Assembly (NCBI GenBank): GCA_963701965.1
Contig: OY969695.1
Span: forward strand, 576,001 to 640,000
Source of the DNA: an uncultured Gemmatimonadales bacterium
Lineage (GTDB): Bacteria; Gemmatimonadota; Gemmatimonadetes; Gemmatimonadales; Gemmatimonadaceae
Direction of reading: 5' to 3'
DNA: 64,000 nucleotides
The translations under genes were made by a program, and so were the position numbers. Below are positions 52,661 through 63,593 of this stretch, in pieces (the first letter of the stretch is position 1; each line of letters begins with the position of its first letter). The notes under the pieces are model-generated. The model saw only the letters and a list, made by a program, of their open reading frames with translations. It had not been told where the DNA came from and did not search any database.

Positions 52661-52673
52661 GGTGCCATCTGGG

Positions 52674-53588
52674 CTACGCCGCGCGGCGGCTTTCAGCCGG
52701 GACGACGGGGAGGGTTCGGACGGCACCACCACGGACAAGGGCCACGCGGGCCGGAACGCCGATCCGCTCTTCCGTGAGCACCCGATGCAGGTCGTCGACC
52801 GTGCCGATCGCCTGGTCGTTGAACCGCACGATCACGTCGCCGTCGGCCAACCCGGCCTGAGCGGCCGGGCTGTCGGCCTCGACCGCGGTCACCAGGACGC
52901 CCGTCTCACCCTTCCGCGGGAGCGCGATCGTTTGGCCGCTCAACCCGAGATAGCTGCGCCGCACGCGGCCGTCTCTGAGGAGCGCGCCGATCACGAACTT
53001 CGCCGTGTTGATGGGAATCGCGAAGCAGATCCCCTGCGCGGGAAGAATGACGGCGTTGTTGACGCCGACCACGCGGCCGCGCGAGTCGAGCAGCGGACCG
53101 CCCGAGTTGCCAGGGTTGAGCGCGGCATCGGTCTGCACGACGTTGTCGATCAGCCGGCCCGACGCCGAACGGAGGGACCGGCCAAGCGCGCTGACGACAC
53201 CAGCCGTGACCGTGTATTGGAACCCATAGGGGTTGCCAATGGCGATGACGACCTGCCCGGGGCGCAACGAGGACGAGTCGCCCAACTCCACGGTCGGATA
53301 CGGACCGTGGGCACCATCCAACCGCATGAGCGCCAAATCGGTCTCGGGATCGTCGCCGACCACGAGCGCCTCGTGGGAACGGCCGTCCTGCAGCGAGACC
53401 ATCGTCCGCTCGGCGCCCTGCACGACATGGCTGTTGGTGACCACGAGGCCATCGGGCGCCACGACGAATCCGGAGCCCGAGCCGCCGCCCCGCCGCCGGC
53501 GACGGCTGTCGACCTTCACCACGGCCGGACTGGCGCGCTCGGCGGCGCCGGCGACCGCCTCCGAGTACGCATCGAGAAGTGTGTCCAT
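52674..53588 (-). CDS. HtrA/DegP-like S1C serine protease with one PDZ domain, no signal peptide
   Basis: GSGF, TNSHV, DLAL, QTDAALNPGNSGG, PDZ (SPAAQAGL..GDVI). Confidence 0.92.
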   Translation of the reverse strand: MDTLLDAYSEAVAGAAERASPAVVKVDSRRRRRGGGSGSGFVVAPDGLVVTNSHVVQGAERTMVSLQDGRSHEALVVGDDPETDLALMRLDGAHGPYPTVELGDSSSLRPGQVVIAIGNPYGFQYTVTAGVVSALGRSLRSASGRLIDNVVQTDAALNPGNSGGPLLDSRGRVVGVNNAVILPAQGICFAIPINTAKFVIGALLRDGRVRRSYLGLSGQTIALPRKGETGVLVTAVEADSPAAQAGLADGDVIVRFNDQAIGTVDDLHRVLTEERIGVPARVALVRGGAVRTLPVVPAESRRAA

Positions 53589-53703
53589 CTTGGGATCGTA
53601 TCCGGCGGCGCCGGACCACGACAATCGGGCGTTCGGCCGATCCGGGCCGTTAACGTTCGCGTCGCTCGACCGTCATCTCAGCACCAACTTTTCGAGAGAA
53701 TTC

Positions 53704-54042
53704 ATGACGCTCGCCAAGTCACTGTTCGTCATCGCCGTGTGCACGGGTGCCGTCGCCTGCGCGACGCACCGGCCGCCCCCACCCCCGCCTCCGGGCGCCG
53801 AGCGCGTCGTCTACGTGAGCGCCGCGCCGCCGGCCGAGATCGTGGAGGCCGTCCCCGCGCAGCCCTCACCCGATCATGTCTGGATCCGAGGGCACTATCG
53901 CTGGGACGCCAACCACGCCGCCTACATCTGGCTCCCCGGCCACTGGCAAGTGCACCCGGCCGGCTACGTGCGTTGGGTGCCCGGCCACTGGCAACAGGCC
54001 GATGGCCGGTGGTATTGGGTCGAGGGGCACTGGCGCGCCTGA
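53704..54042 (+). CDS. YXWGXW-repeat lipoprotein
   Basis: Lipobox AVAC, poly-Pro stretch, repeats WIRGHY, WLPGHW, WVPGHW, WVEGHW. Confidence 0.85.
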   Translation: MTLAKSLFVIAVCTGAVACATHRPPPPPPPGAERVVYVSAAPPAEIVEAVPAQPSPDHVWIRGHYRWDANHAAYIWLPGHWQVHPAGYVRWVPGHWQQADGRWYWVEGHWRA

Positions 54043-55281
54043 CTACATATTTTCGACCATCGCTTTCGCGAACTCGCTGGTCTTGAGCAAGGTCGACCCC
54101 GGCATCAGGCGCTCGAAGTCGTACGTCACGCGACGCTGCGCGATCGTCTTTTCGAGCGCCGCGATGATCTTGTCGGCGGCTTCGTCCCAACCCATGTAGC
54201 GGAGCATCATCTCGCCGGATAAGATCACCGAGCCGGGATTCACCATGTCCTTGCCCGCGTATTTGGGCGCCGTGCCGTGCGTGGCCTCGAACACCGCGTG
54301 GCCCGTCAGGTAGTTGATATTGGCCCCCGGTGCGATACCAATGCCGCCGACCTGGGCCGCCAGCGCATCGGAGATGTAGTCGCCATTCAAGTTCATGGTG
54401 GCGATGACATCGTATTCCGCCGGCCGGGTCAGGATCTGCTGCAGAAACGCGTCGGCGATGACGTCCTTGATGATCGTGCCGCCGGGCAGTTGAAGCCACG
54501 GGCCACCCTGATACTCGGTGGCGCCGTACACCTCGCGCGCCAGCTGGTATCCCCAGTCCCGGAACGCGCCTTCGGTGTACTTCATGATGTTGCCCTTGTG
54601 CACCAGCGTGACACTCTTCCGCCAATGCGTGACCGCATAATCAATGGCGGAACGCACCAGCCGCTTGCTGCCCTCCTCGGAGATCGGCTTGACCCCGATG
54701 CCACTGGTCTCGGGGAAGCGGATCGACGCGCCCAATTGATCTTGCACGAACGCGATCAGTCGCCGCGCTTCCTCGCTCTGGGCCTTGTACTCAATGCCGG
54801 CGTAAATGTCCTCCGTGTTCTCGCGGAAGATTATCATGTCCACGAGCTCCGGATGCTTGGTCGGCGACGGCACGCCGGTGAAGTACCGCACGGGACGGAC
54901 GCAGGCGTACAGATCGAGTTGCTGGCGGAGCGCGACGTTCAGCGAACGGAATCCTCCGCCCACCGGCGTCGTCAGTGGTCCCTTGATCGCCACGAGATAG
55001 TGGCGGATCGCCGTCAGCGTGTCCTCCGGCAACCAGCTATCGAGGCGGTCCTTGGCTTTTTCGCCGGCCAGCACTTCCATCCACGCGATGCGCCGCGATG
55101 AGCCATAGGCCGCGGTGACGGCCCCATCGAAGGCGATGCGGCTGGCGCGCCAGATATCGGGGCCCGTGCCATCGCCTTCGATGAACGGGATGATCGGCGT
55201 GTTCGGCACGTGCAGACGTCCGCCGACCAGCGTGATGGCCTCGCCGGTCGCGGGAGCGGTAAGATTCTCGTATGCTGGCAT
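54043..55281 (-). CDS. icd: NADP-dependent isocitrate dehydrogenase (E. coli type)
   Basis: [51 protein letters not shown]. Confidence 0.97.
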   Translation of the reverse strand: MPAYENLTAPATGEAITLVGGRLHVPNTPIIPFIEGDGTGPDIWRASRIAFDGAVTAAYGSSRRIAWMEVLAGEKAKDRLDSWLPEDTLTAIRHYLVAIKGPLTTPVGGGFRSLNVALRQQLDLYACVRPVRYFTGVPSPTKHPELVDMIIFRENTEDIYAGIEYKAQSEEARRLIAFVQDQLGASIRFPETSGIGVKPISEEGSKRLVRSAIDYAVTHWRKSVTLVHKGNIMKYTEGAFRDWGYQLAREVYGATEYQGGPWLQLPGGTIIKDVIADAFLQQILTRPAEYDVIATMNLNGDYISDALAAQVGGIGIAPGANINYLTGHAVFEATHGTAPKYAGKDMVNPGSVILSGEMMLRYMGWDEAADKIIAALEKTIAQRRVTYDFERLMPGSTLLKTSEFAKAMVENM

Positions 55282-55291
55282 ACCCTCAAAC

Positions 55292-56980
55292 ATGAGCAGC
55301 ACGCCCGGGCTCGCGCCAGCGCCCGCTTCGGCGCTGGCCGACGTCATCGCTGCCGCGTTCGACTCGTATCATGCCGGCTTCCGTTACATCACGCGGCGCG
55401 CCCGGGGCCACTTCGAGCAGCGGGAGTGGCCGGCGGCGCAAGCGGCCGCTGCCGCGCGGTTGGCGCTCTACGAGGAGCGGGTGGCGGCCACGGTCGCCGC
55501 GGTCCAAGCCTGGCATGTCGCGCCGGATTGGACGCTCGTCAAACGTTCCTATCGCGCCGCGGTCCGCGACCGCAATGACACCGAGATCGCCGAGTCGTTC
55601 TTCAACTCGGTCGTGCGTCGTCTGCGCGGGACGGTCGGGAGTGATCCCGTGATCGACTTCACGGCGCCGGACGAACCGCCGACGGGCGAACCCGCGTTCG
55701 TGACCATCCCCACCACGCGCCTCGACGCGGGCGCGGTGGAAGTGATGTTGGGCATGTTCCCCTGGGACGTGTCGTGGGTCGCCCGCCGGCGCGACGCCGA
55801 ACGGGCCGCGGCGATCGCCGCTATCGCGGCGCCCCTGGCCGGGATCGACGTGGTGCCCGCGGTGTTCTTTCGCAACAAGGGCGCCTACATCGTCAGTCGT
55901 GTGCGCATGGCCGGCGGCGGCGCCCAGCCGTTCATTCTGGCGTTGGCCTCGACGCCGGCCGGACTCGCGGTCGACGCCGCGCTCACGACCGCCGACGACG
56001 CGGCCATCGTCTTTGGTTTCAGCTGGTCCTATTTCCATATCGACATCGAGCGACCGCGCGCGCTCGTGGCGTTCCTGGCGTCGGTCATGCCCAGCAAGCG
56101 CATCGACGAGCTCTATACGGCGATCGGGTACAACCGCCACGGGAAGACGGAGCTCTATCGGAGCCTCGTGCGGCATCTCGACCGCGCCGATGCCCGGTTC
56201 GAGCTGGCCGAGGGCGACCAGGGCACGGTCATGAGCGTGTTCACCCTGCCCTCGTTCAACGTCGTGTTCAAGATCATCAAGGACACGTTTGGCTTCCCGA
56301 AGCGGACCACGCGGCAGGCGGTCATGGATCGCTATCGGTTCGTCTTCGTGCGCGACCGCGTGGGACGCCTGGCCGACGCCCAGGAATTCGAGTCCATGGA
56401 GTTTCCGGCGGGTCGCTTCTCTCGGGCCCTCCTCGAGCATCTCCTGGCCACCTGCGCGCGCACCGTGCGGATCGACGGCGACCGGGTGATCGTCCGCCAC
56501 CTATATACGGAGCGGCGCGTCACCCCGCTCAACCTCTATCTCAAGCTCGCCGGCGCCGACGACGCGCGCGACGCCGTGCTCGACTACGGGAACGCCATCA
56601 AAGATCTGGCCAACGCGGATATCTTTACCGGCGATATGCTGCTCAAGAACTTCGGCGTGACCCGCCACGGGCGCGTCATCTGCTATGACTACGACGAGCT
56701 GGCGCTCTTGTCCGAGTGCGCGGTGCGGGAGATCCCGCGGCCGGCTACGCTCGACGACGAGTGGGCCGCCGAGCCGCCATATTACGTCGGGGAGCACGAT
56801 ATCTTCCCCGAGGAATTCCGCGCCTTTCTGGTGCCGCCCGGGGCGCTGCGCGAGGCGTTCCTGTCCGCGCACGGCGACCTGCTGGACATTGATTGGTGGC
56901 GCGAGCGGCAGGCCCGCGTACGGGCCGGGGAGATGCTCGACATCTTCCCCTATCGGCCCGAGCGCCGCCTCCGGCCGTGA
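55292..56980 (+). CDS. aceK: Isocitrate dehydrogenase kinase/phosphatase
   Basis: [52 protein letters not shown]. Confidence 0.95.
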   Translation: MSSTPGLAPAPASALADVIAAAFDSYHAGFRYITRRARGHFEQREWPAAQAAAAARLALYEERVAATVAAVQAWHVAPDWTLVKRSYRAAVRDRNDTEIAESFFNSVVRRLRGTVGSDPVIDFTAPDEPPTGEPAFVTIPTTRLDAGAVEVMLGMFPWDVSWVARRRDAERAAAIAAIAAPLAGIDVVPAVFFRNKGAYIVSRVRMAGGGAQPFILALASTPAGLAVDAALTTADDAAIVFGFSWSYFHIDIERPRALVAFLASVMPSKRIDELYTAIGYNRHGKTELYRSLVRHLDRADARFELAEGDQGTVMSVFTLPSFNVVFKIIKDTFGFPKRTTRQAVMDRYRFVFVRDRVGRLADAQEFESMEFPAGRFSRALLEHLLATCARTVRIDGDRVIVRHLYTERRVTPLNLYLKLAGADDARDAVLDYGNAIKDLANADIFTGDMLLKNFGVTRHGRVICYDYDELALLSECAVREIPRPATLDDEWAAEPPYYVGEHDIFPEEFRAFLVPPGALREAFLSAHGDLLDIDWWRERQARVRAGEMLDIFPYRPERRLRP

Positions 56981-57357
56981 CGCTGCGCGCCATCCGCGGG
57001 GCGATCACCGTGGATCACGACACACCGGCCCAGCTTCACGAGGCCACGCGCACGCTGCTGGCGGAGATCGTCGCCCGCAACGCCGTGACGACGGACAGCA
57101 TCGTCAGCGTCATCTTCACGGTGACGCCGGACTTGACCAGCGCCTTTCCGGCAATGGCGGCCCGGGCCATGGGGTGGCTCGACGTCCCCCTGCTCTGCAC
57201 CATGGAGATTCCGGTACCGGGCGCGCTGGGTCGGTGCATCCGCGTGCTGCTGCACGTCGAAAGCGACCGGCCGCGCGCTGGCATCCAACACGTCTATCTC
57301 CGGGACGCCGCCACCCTGCGTCCCAATGTCTCGGAGATCAGGCCGGGACCGGGGTGA
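56977..57357 (+). CDS. aroH: Chorismate mutase, AroH type
   Basis: RAIRGAITV, FTVTPDL..FPA, CIRVLLH, HVYL...LRP. Confidence 0.93.
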   Translation: MTLRAIRGAITVDHDTPAQLHEATRTLLAEIVARNAVTTDSIVSVIFTVTPDLTSAFPAMAARAMGWLDVPLLCTMEIPVPGALGRCIRVLLHVESDRPRAGIQHVYLRDAATLRPNVSEIRPGPG

Positions 57358-59144
57358 TGTCTTCGCCGGGGTTGGCGAACAGATCCGACTCCAGGCCGTA
57401 TTGCCGGTTGTACAGCTGCCGATACCGTCCATTGAGCGCCAGCAGCTCCTCGTGCCGCCCGTGCTCGACAATGCGGCCTTCCTCCATCACTAGGATCTGA
57501 TCGGCGCTCTCGATGGTCGACAGCCGGTGGGCGATGACGAACGTGGTCCGTCCGGAGCGGAGCGCCGTGAGGCCGTCCCTGATCGAGCGCCTCGGTCTCG
57601 CTATCCAGGCTGGACGTGGCTTCGTCGAGCACCAGGATGCGGGGATCCGCAATGATCGCCCGCGCGATCGCAACGCGCTGGCGTTGCCCACCCGAGAGCT
57701 TCACGCCCCGCTCGCCGACGATCGTGTCGTATCCGTTCGGGAAGCGCTCCACGAATTCGTCGCAGTGCGCGATCCGGCTGGCGGCGCGGACCTCGGCGTC
57801 GGTCGCGCCCGGCTTGGCGAACGCAATGTTGTCCCGTACCGTGCCGTCGAACAGGAAATTGTCCTGCATCACCACGCCGAGGTGGGCCCGGTAGTCGCGC
57901 AGGCGAAGCCCTTGGAGATCCCGGCCATCGACGAGGATGCGCCCGCGGTCCGGCGCCGCGAACGCCAACAGCAGCGAGAGCGTAGTACTCTTCCCCGACC
58001 CGCTGGACCCGACGAGCGCGGTCGTCGTTCCCGCGGCGGCGGCAAAGCTCACGTCGTGCAGGACGGGCGAGCCAGCGGTATAGGCAAAGCCCACGCGGTC
58101 GAACACGACGTCGCCGCGGATAACAGGCAACGAGGCTTTGGCCGCGTCCCGCTCGTCCTCGGTGGGCGTCTCGTTGATCTCGCGAATGCGATCCAGCCCG
58201 GCAAACGCCTCGCTGACCTGCGTGCCAATGGAAGCCATCTGGATGAGCGGCGCGGCCATGAGGCCGATGAAGAACACGTAGCTGAACAAGCCGCCCAGCG
58301 TCATGGCACCCGAGAGGACGGCGCGCCCCCCGCCGATGATGACGATGACACCAACGAGTCCGACGATCGCGGTGGCGCCCGCCGAGACGGCCGACGTGCC
58401 GGTGATCGTCGCCGCGACGTTCCGAAAGAGCCGGTGCACGCCGCGCGCGAACACCGTCTGCTCGCGCCGCTCGGCCACGTACACCTTGAGCGTCCGGATG
58501 CCGCCCAGGGACTCCGTCAGGCGCCCGGTGATCTCGGCCGTGATGATGCTCCGCTCGCGAAACAGGGGCCGGAGGCGCGCGAAGGCGTACGACATCATGC
58601 CGCCGAACGCCGCCAGCAGGACGAGCGTCGCCAGCGTCAGCGACCAGTTCAAGTAGAAGAGCATCACCAGCGCCAACACGGCGGTGACTATTCCGCCGAC
58701 CAGCTGAATCAAACCTGTTCCGATGATGTTGCGGACGCCTTCGGCGTCGTTCATGATCCGCGCCACGAGCACGCCCGACTTGGTGGCGTCGAAATAGGCC
58801 ACGGGCAGATGCAATACCCGGCGTTCGACTTGCTTCCGCAGATCGGTGATCGCGCGTTGCGCCGCGATGCTCACGATCTGGGAGAGCCCGAACAATGTGA
58901 CGGCTTGGACGACGGTCGCGGCGCCGACGGCGATCGCCAGCGGAATCAGCCGGTCCGCCTGATGATGGCCGAGCACGCCATCGACCAGGTACTTCGTGGA
59001 GAGCGGCAGGACGAACCCCGCCAGGCGGCTCACCAACATGACGGCGAGTCCGATGGCCAACGACCCGCGGTGACGCCACGCCAACGTGCGCGCCTCGCGC
59101 CACGCGCGGGCGCGATCGAACTTGGCCTTCGCCTCTTTCGCCAT
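57338..59144 (-). CDS. ABC transporter permease/ATPase (MsbA-like exporter family); +1 frameshift at about 57585
   Basis: TMD, GSSGSGKST, LSGGQRQR, LDEATS. IAHRLST lies in the second frame. Confidence 0.9.
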
Positions 59145-59154
59145 GACCCGAAAG

Positions 59155-60039
59155 CTAGTCGATCTCGTCGATCGATCGCGGCCAGTCCTCACGGAGAAGC
59201 CGGGACAGCGCGCGATCCGCCAGCAGGCGCCCGCCGGTCTGGCAGCGCGCGCAGTAGTTTGTCTCGTTTTCGGCGTATACGATCCGTTGGACCGGCGCGC
59301 CGCAGGTGGGGCACGGCTTTCGGTAGCGGCCGTGGACGGCCATATCGTCGTGAAACGCCGTCACCGTCTCGGGGAAGCCCGCGCCGACCGCTTCGCGGAG
59401 GCGCGTGGTCCACTCGATCAATGTCTCGCGCACCGCCGCATACAGCCGGGCGATCCCGGCGGCGTCGAGACTCGTGGTCATCGTGAGCGGCGACATCCGG
59501 GCCCGATGCAGAATCTCGTCGGAGTACGCGTTGCCGATCCCGCTGAACAATCGCGGGTCGGTGAGCGCCCGCTTGACGGTGTGGCGCTCGCTCGTCAGGC
59601 GCGCGGCGAACGCCGCCAGGTCAATGTCGAGCGGCTCGATGCCGCCCCGGTCGATCTCCCGCAGGGCCGCCTCCCCGGCCACGAACGTCAGCGAGGCGCG
59701 CCGTTTCGATCCGGCTTCGGTCAGATACAGCGTGCCATCGGCGAAGTCGAAGGCGGCTTGGACCAGTTTCCCCCGCAGCGGCTTGGTGGGCGGCCGCCAG
59801 CGGAGCCGCCCGGCGATCATGAGATGGATGACGAGAAAGAGATCGCCCTCCAGCGCCAGCACGATCCGCTTGCCGATCCGCCGTACGCCGATGACCCGCC
59901 GCCCGTCGGCATCGGCGATCGGCGGGCTGACCGATCGCAGGACGAACGGATTCACGACGCGGACGCGCACGAGCGTCTGTCCAACGACGCGCGCCGTGAG
60001 CCGCTCGAGATAGACGACGACGTCAGGGAGCTCGGGCAT
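59155..60039 (-). CDS. Fpg/Nei family DNA glycosylase
   Basis: MPELPDV N-terminus, HLMIAG, GIGNAYSDEIL, CPTC...CARC zinc finger. Confidence 0.92.
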   Translation of the reverse strand: MPELPDVVVYLERLTARVVGQTLVRVRVVNPFVLRSVSPPIADADGRRVIGVRRIGKRIVLALEGDLFLVIHLMIAGRLRWRPPTKPLRGKLVQAAFDFADGTLYLTEAGSKRRASLTFVAGEAALREIDRGGIEPLDIDLAAFAARLTSERHTVKRALTDPRLFSGIGNAYSDEILHRARMSPLTMTTSLDAAGIARLYAAVRETLIEWTTRLREAVGAGFPETVTAFHDDMAVHGRYRKPCPTCGAPVQRIVYAENETNYCARCQTGGRLLADRALSRLLREDWPRSIDEID

Positions 60040-61303
60040 GGGTCGTCGCGACCTGCAACGCCTGCACGACCTGGGCGAGGCGGGGATCGTCGACACCGTT
60101 CAGCGGCGGTGGCGGTGGCGGCGGGGCGGCCAGCGCGCGGCCCGCGAGCGCGCGCGCGGCCGCCTCGGCGCGAAATCGCACCAGATTGACCTCGTGCTCG
60201 GTGGCGAACGTTTCCGCCGCCGCGAACGCGGCCCGCGCGGCCGCGGGCCGGCGCAGCCGCTCCAACCCCTCGGCGATCATGAGGAGAAAATGGGCCTCGA
60301 GGCGGGGCGACAGCCGGTGGGCGGCAATGTCCCGCCGGTATTGCTGAAACACCGTCTCCTGTCCGTCGCGGGCCGCGATCTCCATGAGATTGAGCATCGC
60401 CATCACCCGCGTCTCGCGCTCGATGGCGGTCGCCGAGAGGATGAGAAAGGCGTTCCGGGCGGCGTCACGGAGTCCGAGATCGGCGAGCGCCACCGCAATG
60501 TCGGCCAGCGCGCGATCCTTGTTCACCGGCTCGGTGTAGGCTTGCCACACCTCGTACAACTGGGCCACGGCTTGCTGGGGTTGCCCGCGTTCGTAGGCGA
60601 TGACGGCGCGGGCGTGCACGGCGTGGGCGCGGACCAACGGCAACCCGTGCTGCTCGGCGGCCGCGACGATCTCGACCAGCAACGCATCCGCGGTCGGCAG
60701 ATTGCCGCGGTGTTTGATGATCGCCGCTTCGTCAATGCGGAGGCGGAGGCCCACGGCCACGTCGCCGAGCGACGTCGCGACCGCCCGCCCGGTGCGGCAG
60801 GCCGCGGCAGCGCCCTCGAGGTGCCCCTGCATCCGGAGCGCGTACGCCAGCCGCTGATAAGCTTCGGGCACGAGGAGGAAATCCTGCGGCGTCGCCGCGC
60901 GCGCGATGAACGTCTGATAGACGTCGGCGGCCTGCGCCCATCGCCCGTCGTTGAGCAACGTCCGCGCATAGGCGAGGAGCCGCGTCGCGGTGAATGCCCG
61001 GCCGGCGCACGCCTCGGCGAGAGCCTCGAGGACCCCGGCCAGCGTGTCCCGTAAACCTGCACCGTGTCCCATATCAGCGACCAGCAATCGCACCCGCCGA
61101 AACTCGGGTGCGGTGGGCCACTGCTCGCGCGACACGCCGACGCGGATGCGGTCGAGAAACCGGAGCACCGCCAGACCGGCCACGGCCTCGCGCCGCGCGG
61201 CCACCACATCCTCCGCGCCGTCATGCGCGTCGAGGAAGACGTGGTGGGCCTGGAGACCCGCCGCGGCGCCCGGCTTCCTGGCGCGACGCCTACCCGCCGC
61301 CAC
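60023..61303 (-). CDS. Helical-repeat (TPR-like) hypothetical protein
   Basis: 426-aa Ala-rich all-helical ORF that fills the gap between co-directional genes. Confidence 0.65.
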   Translation of the reverse strand: MAAGRRRARKPGAAAGLQAHHVFLDAHDGAEDVVAARREAVAGLAVLRFLDRIRVGVSREQWPTAPEFRRVRLLVADMGHGAGLRDTLAGVLEALAEACAGRAFTATRLLAYARTLLNDGRWAQAADVYQTFIARAATPQDFLLVPEAYQRLAYALRMQGHLEGAAAACRTGRAVATSLGDVAVGLRLRIDEAAIIKHRGNLPTADALLVEIVAAAEQHGLPLVRAHAVHARAVIAYERGQPQQAVAQLYEVWQAYTEPVNKDRALADIAVALADLGLRDAARNAFLILSATAIERETRVMAMLNLMEIAARDGQETVFQQYRRDIAAHRLSPRLEAHFLLMIAEGLERLRRPAAARAAFAAAETFATEHEVNLVRFRAEAAARALAGRALAAPPPPPPPLNGVDDPRLAQVVQALQVATTHARAP

Positions 61304-61825
61304 CTACCATCCCGAGCGCTGCCGCAAGTTCGTGATGTGCGCGACGTGGTGATCGCCGTGCCACGCGTACAGCATGACCAGCTGCTCCAAACGCCAGGCC
61401 CCGCTCTCCGGGTGATGCAAGGCGCGCCGGAATGCATCCGGCCCCAGCGCGCGCAACAGCACGACCCAACGCGCGTGCAGGGCCTCGAGCATCGCCAGCG
61501 ACGTCTCCACCGGGGTCGCCGCCACGTCGGGCGTGAGGGCCCACTGCGTCTGGTCGTACGGCCGGATCGTCGGCATGTCTTCCGTGAGCGCCAGTTTGGT
61601 GCGCACGTACGCGTTGAGATGACTCTCGGGGACGTGGTGCACGAGTTGGCGCACCGTCCATCCGCCGTCGCGATATGGCGTGTCGAGCTGGGCGGGCGTG
61701 AGGCCGGTCACGGCGGCCCGCAGGCGGCCCGGCGTGGCGGCCATGCGCTCGATGGCTTTGGCCAAGGTGCTGGCGTCGACGTGCTCGGGCCGCGCGAATT
61801 TGCCAATGGGGTAGCGTGGGTCCAT
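61304..61825 (-). CDS. YfiT/BstA-like DinB-family thiol transferase
   Basis: DPRYPIG, DTPYRDGGWTVRQLVHH, YAWHGDHH. Confidence 0.9.
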   Translation of the reverse strand: MDPRYPIGKFARPEHVDASTLAKAIERMAATPGRLRAAVTGLTPAQLDTPYRDGGWTVRQLVHHVPESHLNAYVRTKLALTEDMPTIRPYDQTQWALTPDVAATPVETSLAMLEALHARWVVLLRALGPDAFRRALHHPESGAWRLEQLVMLYAWHGDHHVAHITNLRQRSGW

Positions 61826-61834
61826 GCGCTCAAC

Positions 61835-62269
61835 TTAGCGCGGTACCCGCTCCCACCGCAGTACTGACACGCGGGACCGCTCGGACGGCGTGGCCAAGTC
61901 CAGCCGCCCGCCAGCGAGTGTGACGAATCGCCGTTGGTCGGTCCCGACCAGATTGGGGAACAGGCTCACGGCCACATGGTGGATGACGACACGCTCCGTC
62001 TCATCCACGTCGTAGGTGCCCGCGTACGCAATGTATCCGGTCGCCGCGGCGCGGACCTCGGCGTCCGAGCCGCCCGGCATCGTCGGGGCGCTAAACCCGG
62101 GCCGACCGGCGCGCATGACTTGACCGGACATATGGCCATCCGCCGTGTAGATCAGCAGTCCCGAGATGTCCGGGCCGAACGGAAGGCGGACCGCGTCCCC
62201 GGGCCCGCGCGTCTCGAATCCCACCAGACGCCAGACCCCGATCAGGCGATTTGCGAGACTGTCACTCAT
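61835..62269 (-). CDS. Lipocalin-like domain protein
   Basis: LIGVWRLV, GLLIYTADGHMS, YIAYAGTY, PNLVGTDQRR. Confidence 0.8.
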   Translation of the reverse strand: MSDSLANRLIGVWRLVGFETRGPGDAVRLPFGPDISGLLIYTADGHMSGQVMRAGRPGFSAPTMPGGSDAEVRAAATGYIAYAGTYDVDETERVVIHHVAVSLFPNLVGTDQRRFVTLAGGRLDLATPSERSRVSVLRWERVPR

Positions 62270-62366
62270 CGACGCCCACGGTGTTGCGTCCGCGCCACAA
62301 AAAACGCGCTGGGTAAGTGAATTTTAAGGATCAACGGCCGGCCCCCGATTTGCCTCTATCCAGGGC

Positions 62367-62696
62367 ATGACAACCGACCCGCTGACGGCCACCAATGACG
62401 CGTTGGAGAGAATCACCCGCTCGACGCTCCTCGACCGGCTCTCGTCAGCGCTCACGGCCGCGGTGCGCTTACCGGCCACCGAGTTGCCCGCCGTGGACAC
62501 GGCCCTCTCGGCCTACGTGTCCACACTGAAGCGCCAAGGCGGACGCCCGGAGCACGCCATCGTCTACGTGCGCGACGCGGCGCGCCGCGCGGCGGAATGC
62601 GAGCGCGCGACGCATCATCCCGATTGGATGGACCCCGAGCTCTTCGTCATGCACGTGGAGCGTCGCTGCTTTCGGGCGTACTTTCGCGCGGACTGA
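62367..62696 (+). CDS. Hypothetical helical protein
   Basis: ATG start, divergent from the lipocalin gene across an AT-rich spacer. Plausible composition. Confidence 0.55.
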   Translation: MTTDPLTATNDALERITRSTLLDRLSSALTAAVRLPATELPAVDTALSAYVSTLKRQGGRPEHAIVYVRDAARRAAECERATHHPDWMDPELFVMHVERRCFRAYFRAD

Positions 62697-63063
62697 GGGG
62701 CAACACGACGAGCATCGCCACGACCAGCGCGCCCCAGGCGCCGAGCGTCGCGGCCAGCGGGAAGAGGCCGAACCATCCCAGCGCCCGGGCGTATCGGATC
62801 AACGGCGCCGCCCGCATCCCAATGACGATCACGCCATAGAGGCCGAGCAAGATCGCCAGCGCGCGACCCGCGGTCGGCCGGTCGCGCACCAGCCAAAACG
62901 CCGCCAGCCCGCCGAAGATGGCCTGGGCCAGGAAGAGCAACCACGGGACGACGCTGGGTCCGTGCGGCGGCCAGGGCAGAAAGAGCGCCATGCCGAGCCC
63001 GGCGACGGCGGCGAAGAGATCGCCGGCGGCGGCGACCAGAGCGAGACGGCGGGTCAAGCGCAT
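62647..63063 (-). CDS. Four-TM membrane protein
   Basis: Four hydrophobic segments. Start overlaps the mug stop region. Confidence 0.65.
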   Translation of the reverse strand: MRLTRRLALVAAAGDLFAAVAGLGMALFLPWPPHGPSVVPWLLFLAQAIFGGLAAFWLVRDRPTAGRALAILLGLYGVIVIGMRAAPLIRYARALGWFGLFPLAATLGAWGALVVAMLVVLPLSPRESTPESSDAPRA

Positions 63064-63593
63064 GCGTCGCGCACCTCGCGAAAGAGTCGCGCGAAGTCGC
63101 GCGCCTGGTAGTGGGCGTTGAGGCCGCTCGGGTTGGGCAGGACCCAGATGCGGGTTGAGCCGAACGTCCCGGTCTGAAGTCCGAGCATCGCCGCCGGCTG
63201 GTCGAACGCGGCGCGATAGGCTCCGACGCCGAGCACACAGAGACAGCGCGGCGCCAACCGACGCACGAGCGCGCGCAGCCGCTCGCCGCCGGCCCGATAT
63301 TCCTCCGGCGTCAACTCCGACGCCGTCGCCGTGGCGCGCCGGACGACACCCGTTATCCCGATGCCCAGCCCCAACAGCTCGCGTTCCTCGCTGGGATCGA
63401 GGAGTCGCGGCGTGAATCCCGAGGCGTGGAGCGCGGGCCAGAAACGATTGCCTGGGCGGGCGAAGTGGTGTCCCGCCCAGGCGGTATACAACCCCGGATT
63501 GATGCCCGCGAACAACACGCGGAGCCCGGGAGCGACGAGATCAGGGACCGTGCGGCCGGCGGCGGCGAGAAGCGCCGCACGCGACGGCCTCAC
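63054..63593 (-). CDS. mug: G/U mismatch-specific DNA glycosylase
   Basis: GINPG, HHFARPGNRFW, LPNPSGLN. GTGA overlap with the upstream gene. Confidence 0.92.
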   Translation of the reverse strand: MRPSRAALLAAAGRTVPDLVAPGLRVLFAGINPGLYTAWAGHHFARPGNRFWPALHASGFTPRLLDPSEERELLGLGIGITGVVRRATATASELTPEEYRAGGERLRALVRRLAPRCLCVLGVGAYRAAFDQPAAMLGLQTGTFGSTRIWVLPNPSGLNAHYQARDFARLFREVRDACA

